DNA of 63,620 nucleotides, filler included, from Octopus bimaculoides (GCF_001194135.2; 7 parts of 7 records of this genome joined end to end with filler, not necessarily neighbours in it), one strand, 5' to 3'. Numbered from the whole stretch's first letter, positions 26,490-40,049 are shown. Notes: generated by a model not told the origin, from the sequence alone. Made by a program: numbers and translations.

Positions 26490-27760
26490 CATACAAGAAG
26501 TAAGATGGAGAGGAGGTTCAACCAGAGTTCTCACAGGCAAAGCACATGGGTATAAACTCTTCTGGGAAAGTAATAGTGATGGAATAGGGGGTGTGGGCAT
26601 ACTTCTTGCAGAGAAATGGGTGGATAAGGTCATAGAGGTAGTGAGTGTGTGTGATAGAGTACTTAAATTCAGGCTAGTCTTGCAGAATGGTATAGCTACA
26701 ATTATCTCTGCCTACACCCCACAAGCAAGCCTACCAAATGAACAGAGAGATCACTTTTATGATATTCTTCTGCAGGCTAACTCAAAGACAAGTGACAATG
26801 ATCTCATCTTTGTGGATGGAGATTTTAATGGGCATGTCAAACAGCAACCTGGTATCTTCCATGGTGTACATGGAGTTGGTACCAGAAATGAAGAGGAAAC
26901 TAGGCTCCTGGCGTTCTGCATTGCAAATAACCTATTGATCTGCTACACCAACTTCAGGAAGCCAACTAGCCACCTGATAACCTATCTATCAGGTAACTCT
27001 GCTAACCAGATTGATTTATTCTTACCAGACTGCGGGATGCATGGTTGCTCTTAAATACAAAGAAGGTACACCCCAGCCTAGACTAGTCATTAGTGACATT
27101 AGACTTGAAGCCAGAAGGATGTCAAAATGCAGACCAATCTGGAAAGGAAGGACTTGGAAGCTTAAGAACTCTTCACATGGTCAGAGATTTAGGGATATCC
27201 TTACCAAAAAATTTGATGATAGGGAGGAGGAGCTACATAGAAGGCAGCTGGAAATTCCTCTAAGGCAGCTTGCTGAGTGCCACAGATCAAATCTGTGGCT
27301 GGTGCTAAGTCCCTTCTAGACCTAGGGTAACATTGTGGAGGAACAATACTGTAGACAGGGCCATTAGAACAAAATATCAGGCTTGGAAGGCTTGAAAGGC
27401 CTGGAAGAGTGGGGGTAGCAGCAGAATGTACCAGGTGGCCAAAAGGGAAGCTAGGTATATATAGCCAAGAGAGTAGCAGAAAAGAAGTTTGCCAATGTTC
27501 AGCAATGTGAGGACCAAAGAACTGAAGCATTTCAGATTGCAAGATAGTGTGTGAGAGAAAACCATGATGTCATAGGAGAGAAATGTGTCCGCATGGATGA
27601 TGGTGCACTTGCATTTAATGATTCTGCCAAGAAAGAGGCTTGGAGATGCCATTATAAAAGACTGCTGAATGTGGAGAATGAATGGGAGGAGAAGAGTTTG
27701 TCAAAGGTTGACACAATTGAGGGACCAGCTACCCGAATTGACAGTACTCCGGTAGATAAA
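26490..27760 (+). mobile_element. RTE-clade LINE fragment (APE endonuclease and downstream region), antisense in IF1 intron 4
   Basis: GIGGVGILLAEKWVDKV, IISAYTPQ, GDFNGHV, NFRKPTSHLITY and NQID.L motifs, with frameshifts. Confidence 0.88.
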
Positions 27761-27810
27761 GAATGTGAAAGAAACAAAATTACACACACATTAAAATCTT
27801 TCAAACTTAC

Positions 27811-27874
27811 CAATCGTTTAAAAAATTCTTCTTCTCGAGCAGCTTCCATTTTACCGAAAGCACCTCCGGCCTCT
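27811..27874 (-). CDS. ATP5IF1: IF1 coding exon 4 (EAGGAFGKMEAAREEEFFKRL, inhibitory helix)
   Basis: Acceptor TTTTGCATTGCAG, donor TTG|GTAAGT, 64 nt. Hallmark IF1 motif REAGGAFGK.E.A.EE.(Y/F)F. Confidence 0.96.
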
Positions 27875-28890
27875 CTGCAATGCAAAACAAATGGTTGAAA
27901 GAAAGATGAAAAATAGATAAGAATGACCTTCCTCAAAACAAAATGGAAAAGTTATTAGTTCGAGTATATTCAAATGCAAAATTGTTTCTTGTTTCACAGA
28001 GGATTGTGGAGGGTCAAAAGTCCAACTATAAAACAGACTGGTGTTCTATATCTACTATTCCAGCAACGTTCACTACAAATTTTTTTTTTTTAATTATTCT
28101 ACTTTCGGCACAAAGCCACAAAGTTTGGAAGAGGGTGCTATTTGTTTTAATACTTTTGTACTTTATTGGTATTTATTTTATCTAGCCTATAGGAATTAAA
28201 GGCAAAGTTAGCCTTGGAAAGATACAAATCCATTATGAATTGAAGTAACTAAATTTTACTTTACCATTTCTATCAATCCCATTTTATCATTTGATAAAAA
28301 AAATTTTAAAAAAATTTATTTCATAACATTCAACAATATTTTAACAAGTCTCGCATGGGCCTAATTTTCACAGCAAGATTAATTACATATAGCTTACTGA
28401 TGTTATAATGCCCTGGAGTCTCTATTTTTTATGGTTTAATAAAGTGGGAATGGCCCTTCCTATAACCTCAATGTAGTTAACAACAAAACTAATTATCAGT
28501 ATTAAAGGTTTTCTTTCCAGGCTCAATACTATCTTCTGTAGGCCAGGTTTTATTGATCAGTAATCACATTTAATGTTACTCTTTCTATCTACAAACACCA
28601 AACTTTGTGAACACTAATACCTAAATATGCAATGACAACTATCCAAGAATACCAGAAAACTCAAACTTTATATTCCAATATGAATGTATGTAATTAAATT
28701 CTTCAGCTAATTATAAGATACATAAAAATCCATATAGTAAATTTTTAACTTACAAAATGCAAATCTAATCAAAATAATTTCACATAAATTAGATAATGAA
28801 AAATAAATATATTAAAAGAAAAAAAAAAATCAAATATTTAAAATTTACAATAATACAGTGAAGAAAATATGCAAATAAAAGAACACTCAC

Positions 28891-28916
28891 CTTATGGAGC
28901 CTCCAGAACCACCACC
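28891..28916 (-). CDS. ATP5IF1: IF1 coding exon 3, 26-nt microexon (GGGSGGSI-R)
   Basis: Acceptor TTTTTTTTTGTTACAG, donor AG|GTGAGT. Supplies the GGSIR part of the IF1 signature. Confidence 0.93.
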
Positions 28917-29039
28917 CTGTAACAAAAAAAAATTATGTATTCAATATACAGTAAGTATTGACTTAAAATGACTAAACACTAGGCCAAGATTTGTAGAAAA
29001 GGAGATTAGAGGTGAAATAAATGTAGTACATTACAAGTA

Positions 29040-29340
29040 CTTTTTATTGAACTGCTTTTCCCAGACTTTCAAAATGTTACAAAAATGCACCAGAGTAATG
29101 TCAAGGCCAGTTTCATCACAGCTGAATACCTGTTGTGCAATGTACCCCTCGGCTGCAATGAGCTGACGGAATTTACACACAAAATCCTCAGCTGCCGCTG
29201 AGATGTGTGTTGCTTAGAGACAACCTTTGGCTGTTGTAATGGCCTTGATCTGGTCCTTTTTCTTCAGGATGATGCGATGTTAGCATTACCAGAGATGGTT
29301 ACATGTAACTCGTTAATGTAAAAGAGAAACAGTACTGGGG
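29040..29340 (-). mobile_element. pogo/Tigger transposase fragment in an IF1 intron
   Basis: Minus-strand peptide AAEDFVCKFRQLIAAEGYIAQQVFSCDETGL. Confidence 0.75.
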
Positions 29341-29849
29341 ACAATCCCAAAAGTTTGGGACACCAGAACTGACAGAGAGAGAGAGAGAGAGACATTGACA
29401 CACAAGAGTTGAAAGAAAGACATCAGCCACAACCAGAACTGATAGAAAGACAGAACCATCTATCACTATGGTTGAATAAGAACAATGGAGAGAGAGAAAC
29501 CCAACAATACATGCCACAGTGATGCAATCTAATCGGAAACTTTTAATCCAAAAGGGAAGATATGGACAGAGCCCATAAGCAAGCAATTTTCCTAGGAGAG
29601 TCATATATGAGAGACAGGCCCTGCTGGTGTCAAGTGTAACATTGTTTTCACCAAATTTCTCAAGAGTGATGACTTACTGGTGAGTGAAATAGGAGAAATG
29701 GTTTCCAGCAGATCTGACTTTACAGATCTCGTACCATTGGTCATTAAGAAGGACGGTGAACGTGTTGGAGAGTGTGGTCGTATTCTTAATGACCAACTCC
29801 ACATTAGAGATGTTGGAACCAAGATTCACTCACACACATGCATCTTTTA

Positions 29850-30130
29850 TCTTTTACTTGTTATAGTCATAAGATTGTGGCTATGTTGCAGCACTGCTTT
29901 GAAGAATCTTTTAGTCAAATGAATCTACACCAGTACTTTTTTTCTATTGATATCTTTTACTGGGATATAAACACATCAACAACAGTTGCCAAGCAGTTGG
30001 TGAGGAGACATACAAAATGGGTTTTTAATTTCCGTCTACCAAATCTATTCACAAGGCTTTGGACAACAGGAGGCTATAGAAGACACTAGCCCAGGGTGCC
30101 ATGCAGTGGGACTGAAACCAAAACCAAAAA
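29850..30130 (-). mobile_element. SINE family B, degenerate, in IF1 intron 2
   Basis: Reverse-complement match to the B head, body and tail. Confidence 0.65.
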
Positions 30131-30275
30131 GAAAGCTTAACACAGAACGACACCTGCACTGACACACACACACACGCGTGCACTTTTCCAAATTACATTC
30201 AAATTGTGCAAAAAGAACAGAAAAAAGACTGTAAAACATTGTGGGGGAAAAAAGAACTTTAAATATTAAAATTAC

Positions 30276-30315
30276 CTTCCCTGAACCTGATCCAAGTTCA
30301 GATGAGTAACGCACA
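30276..30315 (-). CDS. ATP5IF1: IF1 coding exon 2 (VRYSSELGSGSGK)
   Basis: Acceptor TTTTTTCTTCATTTCAG, donor AAG|GTAATT, 40 nt. The peptide matches the invertebrate IF1 N-terminal GSG(A/S)GK motif. Confidence 0.93.
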
Positions 30316-33300
30316 CTGAAATGAAGAAAAAAAAAGATCAGAGTAAAAATTTGTTATTTGTTTTCAAATTGTTAAAGAACAAATTTTTGAACAGTATGGA
30401 CAAGCTGATTGAATTAATCTTTAGTATATTACTACTTTCTATTCTTATTGCCCTCCAATAAGATGAGACATAAAGATGACTGCAGCAAGATTTGTATATT
30501 TGCTCAAAGTCAGAACAACAGGACTGCTCTGCAAAAGCTATGCCCATTTTACAAAATCAGTTAGCCTTTACTCAAGTTTAATGTCAATGATTTATAGAGG
30601 AAGCATTTCTGACAAGGAAAGGTTAAATGATTTTGTCCAATTTTTCCCATCCAAAACAGCACTCTGCTGAAATTCCCTCCCCACTTACATTTTCTCAAGG
30701 CATCAATCACTTCACATATCAATAAAGCATTATTACATCTCACCCTACTTTAAAAAAAAAAGAACAAAACGCAACTGAAACTCGATTGTTTCAAATGTAA
30801 GGTTTCGTTATCACCGAGGATCTGCTCTGGCAAATGCACAACCAAAACAAAGCAAAGACTGCACACCAAAGATTAGCTTTTCCCTTGAACGCCAGAAAAT
30901 ACTCCATCCCTAACAGCTACTAATCCTCTACAAATACTCCCACATTTGTAAAGGGACTGTTACTACATACTCTAATATATCCTAGACTACAAGGCTACTT
31001 TGACTGGCAATAAGTTGCTCACAAACACAATGCAGCCTGCTCTATGCTGCTTTAATAATTTCTACAACTACTGACACCTCTGCTCCTTGGAGCTGGTTGA
31101 TTTTGTGCCACCTCCACTTACATCCACCAACATTATCCCAGGCTCCACATTCACAACTATGCCCAACATTAACTTCACTGCACTTCTCCACCCTTCTGCA
31201 GTCACTGATATATATCAGTTTAAGTGGAACATCAACAGCATCAATCTCATAGGTCTTGGAAGGTCTGCAAAGGTTATGAACATAGTCCCTCACACCACCA
31301 CTCCAGACCAAACTAATAAAACTAAAACGCTGATAACAGTCCGAGAGAGCCTGCTAGGCTCATGGACTCCACTTCTTCACAGATGACCTTTTTCTTTTAA
31401 CATCAATTTTCTCATATTTGCAAGAGTTAGACATGCCTGCTGTAATGCATATTGCTACAAAATCAGATTGAGATAGTGCTATAAAAAAAAAAGTTATGTT
31501 TTGTGTCTATTCAAAACCACCATTATTATTATCATCATCATAGACGGACAGATAGATATAGACAAGCAAATAGACATAGACTGACAGATATAATATAGTT
31601 ATTGCCGTTTTAAAAAAATGGGATAAAGCTTATTTTAAATTTATAAGTAGTCATTAATCGATGATATTCAGAAAGTTAACTTAGTAACTATTAAGTCATT
31701 GTCGTTTGAGATAATTCTATTAACCCATTAACAGCCAAATTTTTTTATTCATAGTTTTTGGCTTTGTTGAATGTCTTAGGAGTTAATATATAGTATCTAA
31801 ATTTTCTTCATATGTGAATTATTTTGGAAATTATGATAAATTTTTCGAAAAGTCCCGAATAGAGATAGCTGAAAAAAAATGCATATTTATCCTTTTCTAT
31901 TCAATTGCAATAATAAACATTTTAGTTTTTTTGAAACTATAGTACCAAATGAGAATGTATATGAAATATTAATGAATGATAATAGATGGGAAATGCAAAA
32001 AAAAAAAAAAGTTTTCAGAAGTCAATATTTTTGTAGCTCAAAAATTGAGATTTATGACAAAATGACCTCTAGAATTAGCCAGAGTTAATAATGGCAAACT
32101 TTAACTATTAAATATAGTAAAGCACACCACTGCAAATGCAATGTACATAAGTAATTCACTTTAAATACAACTGTTTTTAGCAGATCTCCAAATGGGGTTC
32201 ATGGCAGGCGATGGATTAATTTCAACAGTTTGAACTTCTGGAAACAAATAATGAAGTTTGTTCAATGAATTACAAAATTAAAAGAGAGAACTGCTTCGTC
32301 AATCAATATAATGGGGGGGGGGAACAAACCATTCTGACAGACCATTGATTCCTCTTTCATCCATTACGCAGTTTAGATGTTCCAAATAAATTCGAGAACC
32401 TGAACTCGAAACGATCCAAAACATACAACTGAAGCCCAATAGCAGAGTATTTAAACAGGTGCATTCGGTTTGCACATCATTCTGTTACGTTAGTGGCAGT
32501 GTACATTGCTACCTAAAACTGTAGGTCTTATCTTCCGAATTACGACCAAAGATAACCTGGATTCACACTTAAGAAATGCATAAGAATGCTGTATTCGAGC
32601 AAGGTCAAGAAGTTATGCGAAGTTACTTCGTCTGCACAATATGACGCATAAACTGAGGTGAAAAAAGAATTATAGCGGAAACGTAGTAATTTGACCTCGA
32701 AATAATCGCGATAGAGCAACCTAATGGATTCAAGCAACCTAGTGGTGCCGGTGTCTTCGTACAAAAAAAAATTAACAAAATACATATAGATAAATAGAAC
32801 AAAAACTACAATGAAGCGTGCACTGAGCTGCGACAAAAAATAAAGGTGCAACAACTAATGTTTTGGGTAGGACTTTTCATTCGAGAAATATGATAAACGA
32901 AAAATTCGGAAATAAATTTAAATGAAATAAAATAAACTGCAACGTATTTCACAATAGTGATAATTATTGAAATTTATAAAAATACATAGAGATATCGGAA
33001 ACAGTTATTTCTCACTGGTTAAATACGAAAAAATGCATCCAATTACTTAAAAAATATCGATAGCGTAACGAAGATGTGTAAAGGCCGCATGTGACTTCCC
33101 GAAAGAAATACAATGTTTGGAATATATTTATGATGATTTATTATTATTTAAAGCCTCACTTTTCAACGCATTAAATGCAACGAGGAATCGATATAAAAGT
33201 GTTATTATAAATGGCATGGTACGCTTGACTTTCATTAAATACTAAATGTTACCTACCCAAAATTAAGGTGGGGATTCTGAACAATTATCGTTAACCTTTT

Positions 33301-33902
33301 ATTCATTTAACCATTTTCATGAGTCGATATCTGAAATTCTTTACACCAAAGCAAGATCAGAATCGGAATCTCCATAGCCTAAAACGTGGGATTCCGTAAA
33401 AAAAAAATTAATAAATAAGGGGAGGAAAGGGTCAGATTACATATAGTCCATCTCTACCAACTAAACTTTAAGGGAAAATACAATGATATTTCTTAAAATT
33501 AAGTAAAAACTGGATTTCTGACTGATACATAACGAATATATTTGTAGGTTTTGGGGTATTGTTTGACCTTGTCAGCCGAAGTCCTTCAAATCAAGCGAAT
33601 AAAATAAAGTATATTGACTCCACTCTCATCTTATTTCAAATTTATTGCAATAAATAACTTTGTAATTCCAAAATGTTTAGACCCAGACAGCTTCGATGAA
33701 GTAAACTTAGGATCGAAGGTTAATAATATATATTTTATAAAATCTCAATATATATATATATGTATTTATATATATTACAAATAATACGAAGAACTGTTAT
33801 ATTACATGACCCCCATATACTACATGATAGAAAGGACTGAATTTTTTTTTAAATATAAAAATACAAACTTTCATATATATATATTTAGGATTATCAACTT
33901 AC

Positions 33903-33943
33903 CCGGCGAGGCGAATGACATTGCACAGTCTCCTAGAAGCCAT
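33903..33943 (-). CDS. ATP5IF1: ATP synthase inhibitor IF1, coding exon 1 (MASRRLCNVIRLA-G, mitochondrial presequence-like)
   Basis: Strong start context CCACCATGG and donor GG|GTAAGT. 41 nt, phase 2, joining in frame to exon 2. Arg-rich and free of acidic residues, like a targeting peptide. Confidence 0.9.
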
Positions 33944-34020
33944 GGTGGATATGTTATCAAGGGATATAACTCCAAATAGAAATAAATCTTTTATTTATTT
34001 ATTCATCTTTTGGTTGATGG

Positions 34021-34029
34021 GGGGCGGGG
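34021..34029. promoter_or_regulatory. GC box (GGGGCGGGG) upstream of the IF1 start codon
   Basis: Exact Sp1-type consensus about 80 bp upstream of the ATG, in otherwise AT-rich DNA. Confidence 0.4.
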
Positions 34030-34061
34030 CAGCAGATTAGGCACGTATATGACTTCAACGT

Positions 34062-34369
34062 GTGGAGGCGCAATGGCCCAGTGGTTAGGGCAGCGGACTC
34101 GCGGTCATAGGATCGCGGTTTCGATTCCCAGACCGGGCGTTGTGAGTGTTTATTGAGCGAAAACACCTAAAGTTCCACGCGGCTCCGACAGGGGATGGTA
34201 GTGAACCCTGCTGTACTCTTTCACCACAACTTTCTCTTACTTCCTGTTTCTGTTGTGCCTGTAATTCAAAGGGTCAGCCTTGTCACACTGTGTTACGCTG
34301 AACTACGTTAAGTGTACACGTGTCTGTGGAGTGCTCAGCCACTTGCACGTTAATTTCACGAGCAGGCTG
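34062..34369 (+). mobile_element. tRNA-derived SINE family A, 3'-truncated
   Basis: A box TGGCCCAGTGG and B box GGTTTCGATTCC; family A body. Confidence 0.88.
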
Positions 34370-36444
34370 GTAGAATGTGTCATTTTAATTTTTACATACC
34401 TCTCTTAATTCCAAAAGACCCTCAACCACAACATATTCGTCATGAAACATCAGTGGAGAAAACACTTTGGTGCACATTGGGATTAGACACTGAGGGAGAA
34501 TGGCTGTAACTTTTTTATTTTGGCGATTTTCGCTTTCGATAATGTGTTCTACATATCCCGGTCATGCGATTCCCCCTAAAGAATTTTTTGAACCCCCCCT
34601 CCCCTAACACCTCCGAGGGGGGGGGGNNNNNNNNNNAGGGAGAATGGCTGTAACTTTTTTATTTTGGCGATTTTCATTTTTGACATTGTGTTCTACATGT
34701 CCAGGTCGTACGAATAGCCCCCTCGCAACTTAGGCTATAGTAGAAGACACTTGCCCAAGGTGCCACACAGTGGGACAGAACCAAGAACCACGTGGTTGGG
34801 AAGCAAGCTTCTTACCACATAGCCATGCCTGCACAAAATAATTAGAGTACAGGCTGTATGTATGAACTAATTTGAGTACAGATTATTTAATTAATTTTAT
34901 AAAATAATCTGAGTACATATATAATATAATCAGAGTATAGGCTACACGTATAAGACAGAGTACAGACTACACATACAAAATAATTAAAGTACAGGTTACA
35001 CATATGAGATAATCAGCATACATACTATATGCACATGATTGGAGAATGTACTACATTTACAAGATAATTAGAGTACTAACTACAGGTACATGATAATCCC
35101 ATAAGATTACTCAGTAACTATGGTGCCATCATCAACTGTTGTATTCTATAACATGATTGACGTTTCTGCAACAGAGAGTACATGATATATNNNNNNNNNN
35201 NNNNNNNNNNNNNNNNNNNNNNNNNNNNNNNNNNTTAATTAATTAANNNNNNNNNNNNNNNNNNNNNNNNNNNNNNNNNNNNNNNNNNNNTATATATATA
35301 TATATATACGTTTACATTTCTATTTTCTCTGTCTCCCTTTCAAGCTAACTATCACTCCCTCAGTTTATCCAAATTGCTGCCTATCAATCTATCTAACTAC
35401 CTACCTATCTATGTATCTGTCTAGTTATGTATCTACCTACATTTCTATCTACCCATCCATCTCTCTCTCTTTCTTTCTCGCTCTTTAGTTCTCTAGCTAT
35501 CAATATATTTTCATTTTTATCGTTCCCCCTTCGATCTCAATGTTTTCTCAACAGCACAGTATATATTTGTCAATATATTTATCAATACATTTATGCGATT
35601 TCTTCTTTTGATAAATAACCCACTCGAGTATACATGAAGTATTTTTAATGTTTTGAGGATTTTCGGTTTTCGGTTTTTCGTTCCAGCTTCTGTGTAAAAC
35701 TCCCAGAAAAATAGAAAGAAAAGATTTATTGTATAGGCTTTGAATAGGGAACTAAATTTTAACATTCAAACATATTGAGGAAATTAAAGAGAAATTGCAG
35801 CTGAATCTATTGATAAGATTGTTGTATCTATTGTTAAGCGGAGATATATTGTGGAATTGTGAAGCTTCATGCTGGCAACAGTTCATATATCATCAGTGCT
35901 GTTTATTGCCTTGAAAGCAACGGGGAGAGTAATAATGACCCAAACTCCCTTCAATCATCGCTCTATGGTTCTAAATAAGGAAAGGAAAATGTTAGATAAT
36001 ACAGTCCTACTTTCCCCTGCGGATAAGATGAGATGGTCGTGTGTGGGTTGCTTTCGCTTTGATCGTAGATCTGCAGCACGGTTCTGTTTCTTGTACTTGG
36101 GATTTATACTATGAAAGCTGTAGCAGCAGCAGTAGCAGCAGCAGTAGCAGCAGAAGCAGTAACATAATCAACAATGCCTACAACAATGCATTAACAGGAA
36201 GTCTTCACAGTTACACTGCTTGAATAAAAATGTGGTTCTTCATGGAAGGAACGCTTTTGATCATCGGTCTGCTACCTGGTCACGTGTGTTCGACGGGGAA
36301 CAAAGCAGTAACACTAACAAGGACGGCTGCCACAATAGTAACGAGTACAACAACAACGCGGCATGATGGTTTCAAAGTTTGGCATAGGGCTAGCAATTTT
36401 TTCAGTGTAGGGGGGGGGGAGAAGTCGATTTAAAACGATCTCAG

Positions 36445-36650
36445 TATTTACTCTTTTACTTGTTTCAGTCATTTGACTGTGGCCACGCTGGAGCACCGCC
36501 TTTAGTCGAGCAAATCGACCCCTGGACTTATTCTTTGTATGCCTAGTACGTATCTCTTGTGCCGAACCGCTAAGTTACTGGGACGTAAACACACCAGCAT
36601 CGGTTGTCAAGCGATGTTGGGGTGACATACACAGACACACAAGCATATTC
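36445..36650 (-). mobile_element. SINE family B, 3' half (the remainder is lost in a gap)
   Basis: Near-consensus reverse complement of the B tail. Confidence 0.8.
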
Positions 36651-37151
36651 ACACACACACATACATACATACATACATACATACATACATACATACATAC
36701 ATACACACACACNNNNNNNNNNNNNNNNNNNNNNNNNNNNNNNNNNNNNNNNNNNNNNNNNNNNNNNNNNNNNNNNNNNNNNNNNNNNNNNNNNNNNNNN
36801 NNNNNNNNNNNNNNNNNNNNNNNNNNNNNNNNNNNNNNNNNNNNNNNNNNNNNNNNNNNNNNNNNNNNNNNNNNNNNNNNNNNNNNNNNNNNNNNNNNNN
36901 NNNNNNNNNNNNNNNNNNNNNNNNNNNNNNNNNNNNNNNNNNNNNNNNNNNNNNNNNNNNNNNNNNNNNNNNNNNNNNNNNNNNNNNNNNNNNNNNNNNN
37001 NNNNNNNNNNNNNNNNNNNNNNNNNNNNNNNNNNNNNNNNNNNNNNNNNNNNNNNNNNNNNNNNNNNNNNNNNNNNNNNNNNNNNNNNNNNNNNNNNNNN
37101 NNNNNNNNNNNNNNNNNNNNNNNNNNNNNNNNNNNNNNNNNNNNNNNNNNN

Positions 37152-37197
<46 letters not shown>

Positions 37198-38612
37198 ACA
37201 GTTCATATGCACCCATCAGTTTCTGGTATTTCCTTGGTGTTTCAGTGAGTACATAGAAGGGAAGATAGTGGCATCATTCGTGTCTGAAGATAGCAGAGAT
37301 TAGAGTTAGACATCGCTCCAATGATTAGAAGGGAAACAAATACTAATAGATTAAACGTAACAATACAATAAAAATTCAACAACAACAACAACAACAACGA
37401 CAGATTTAATGAGTAAAACACGCTAAAGTAAATAAACATTGAATCACACATAGTAAGGGGTGCATACAGAGTAAGGGGTGCATACAGAGACGCATATAGA
37501 AACATATTGATAGGCATACACAAACGCACACTTGTACACACGAGTACATACGCACATGCATACACATACATGCAGACCTACAGATATCAATAAACACATA
37601 CACACACATATACATATATATACATATACATACATATGTGTGTGTGCGAGTGTACACTCATGAGAGCAAAAGAAATTTTGTAAACGGTTGACTGATTTAT
37701 AATGCAGTAAGGTGGAAAAATTCAATTAGGAACAATGTCATTCATCAAATGTTATACAATAAAATGTTTAATTGTATACACTCGTATATTTACATACACA
37801 CTTACGTACCCAGATACATTCAAACATATATACACACATACATGCCCATGCATGCTTTCAAACATACATGCATAAACACACTCACACACACACACTTATA
37901 CACACATACATACACACATACATACATAAACACACTCCACACTTATATATATACGTACACACATACATACATAGATAATATATTCACGCATATATGCAGG
38001 ACGCCACGCATATATCTATCTATCTATCTATCTATCTATNNNNNNNNNNNNNNNNNNNNNNNNNNNNNNNNNNNNNNNNNNNNNNNNNNNNNNNNNNNNN
38101 NNNNNNNNNNNNNNNNNNNNNNNNNNNNNNNNNNNNNNNNNNNNNNNNNNNNNNNNNNNNNNNNNNNNNNNNNNNNNNNNNNNNNNNNNNNNNNNNNNNN
38201 NNNNNNNNNNNNNNNNNNNNNNNNNNNNNNNNNNNNNNNNNNNNNNNNNNNNNNNNNNNNNNNNNNNNNNNNNNNNNNNNNNNNNNNNNNNNNNNNNNNN
38301 NNNNNNNNNNNNNNNNNNNNNNNNNNNNNNNNNNNNNNNNNNNNNNNNNNNNNNNNNNNNNNNNNNNNNNNNNNNNNNNNNNNNNNNNNNNNNNNNNNNN
38401 NNNNNNNNNNNNNNNNNNNNNNNNNNNNNNNNNNNNNNNNNNNNNNNNNNNNNNNNNNNNNNNNNNNNNNNNNNNNNNNNNNNNNNNNNNNNNNGTGTGT
38501 GTGTATGTGTGTGTATGTGATAGGCATTTACTTAATTGCTCACATTCACTTAAGTACACACGTAGCTTAATGTCAATTTCGTTTGAATTAATATTTATAT
38601 ATGCTGAAAGCC

Positions 38613-38682
<70 letters not shown>

Positions 38683-39095
38683 ATCTATCTATTTATCTAT
38701 ATCTCTATACGTATGTGTGTGTGTGTGCTTGTATAGACAACATATACATGTATATATGTGTATGCAGTTGTGGAGGTACAAACGTCTATGCATGCCTCGC
38801 TGTACGTTTGAGAGTAGAAACTAAGGAAATTATTCATATAAACGAGATAAGAACCCTAAAAAAACGCCAAAGGAAGATTTATCAACGGTTCGCCACGCTC
38901 GTGTAACATAATGATATAATATAAATATTGCAGTTGAATACCTGATGCAGAAGAGAATGTAAAAGAGTGTATGAATAAAACAAATAAAAATCTAAGGAAA
39001 TATTATTTAATATTAATATATATGTGTGTCTGTGTGTTTATGTGTGTTTGTGTGTTTGTGGGTGTTTGTGTGTGTGACTTTGTGCGTATATATGT

Positions 39096-39131
<36 letters not shown>

Positions 39132-39142
39132 ATATATATATT

Positions 39143-39180
<38 letters not shown>

Positions 39181-39397
39181 CACTATATATCAATTTACCT
39201 ACACGTATTTTTTTTATATAAATGTAGGTATATATGAATAATTTATATATGTACATATACATACAAATATATATATGTAAATCCATATGGACATGTATAT
39301 CCATATAAATATATTAAGGTACATAAATATGTAGACGTACATATATGTATAATGAATATTTATATATGTATATATATATTTATATATACACACACAC

Positions 39398-39467
<70 letters not shown>

Positions 39468-39567
39468 NNNNNNNNNNNNNNNNNNNNNNNNNNNNNNNNN
39501 NNNNNNNNNNNTTAATTAATTAANNNNNNNNNNNNNNNNNNNNNNNNNNNNNNNNNNNNNNNNNNNN

Positions 39568-39715
39568 AAGTGGTCAGTGCTAGTGTGTGTGGTGTGGTAT
39601 GATGGTGTGGGTGCTGGGAAGTGGTCAGTGCTAGTGTGTGTGGTGTGGTATGATGGTGTGGGTGCTGGGAAGTGGTCAGTGCTAGTGTGTGTGGTGTGGT
39701 ATGATGGTGTGTGGT
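39568..39715. repeat. 51-bp minisatellite, about 2.9 copies visible next to a gap
   Basis: Unit aagtggtcagtgctagtgtgtgtggtgtggtatgatggtgtgggtgctggg starts at 39568, 39619 and 39670. Confidence 0.9.
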
Positions 39716-40049
39716 GTTGGGGTAAGAGGGAAGGTGAGGGTGGGTGTGTGTGAGTGGAATGTGTGGGATAGGGTGGGGGTGGGATGGAATATATAGGGAT
39801 GGTGAGTTGAAATGTGTAGTTGTGGGTAACAATGGAGGGGTGACAATGAAGGGGGAGGGTAGAAGGGGATGGTGGGTAGGAGTGAAGAAAGGAAGTAGGT
39901 GTCAGAGCAAGAAAGAAGAGGTGGGTAGGAGTGAAGGGAGGAAGTATGTGTGAGAGGGGAGAGGAGGGGGTTAGATGAAGAAGGAAGAAGAGTTGAACTC
40001 ATGTGGTGCAAAAGAGCGAAGAGAGAATATATGTTTTTTATATCATATA

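Noticed and set aside
26593-27054. 153-aa ORF as a host gene
   Set aside because: It is the endonuclease domain of a frameshifted RTE LINE inside an IF1 intron.
29590-29830. Protein-like stretch in IF1 intron 2
   Set aside because: Contains stops and no motif I can recognise; probably a decayed TE that I cannot assign.
32427-32464. Alternative IF1 first exon (MHLFKYSAIGLQ, phase-2 GTATGT donor)
   Set aside because: It fits the frame but has weak start context and upstream ATGs with stops. The exon at 33903-33943 has an ideal Kozak, a consensus donor and a typical presequence.
34062-34140. tRNA-like sequences with A and B boxes (also 61829, 9861, 6077)
   Set aside because: No complete cloverleaf, and each continues into a shared repeat body, so they are SINE heads and not tRNA genes.
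39568-39715. 51-bp direct repeats as a CRISPR-like array or His-rich coding repeat
   Set aside because: Contiguous identical units with no spacers, in a eukaryotic context; a simple minisatellite.
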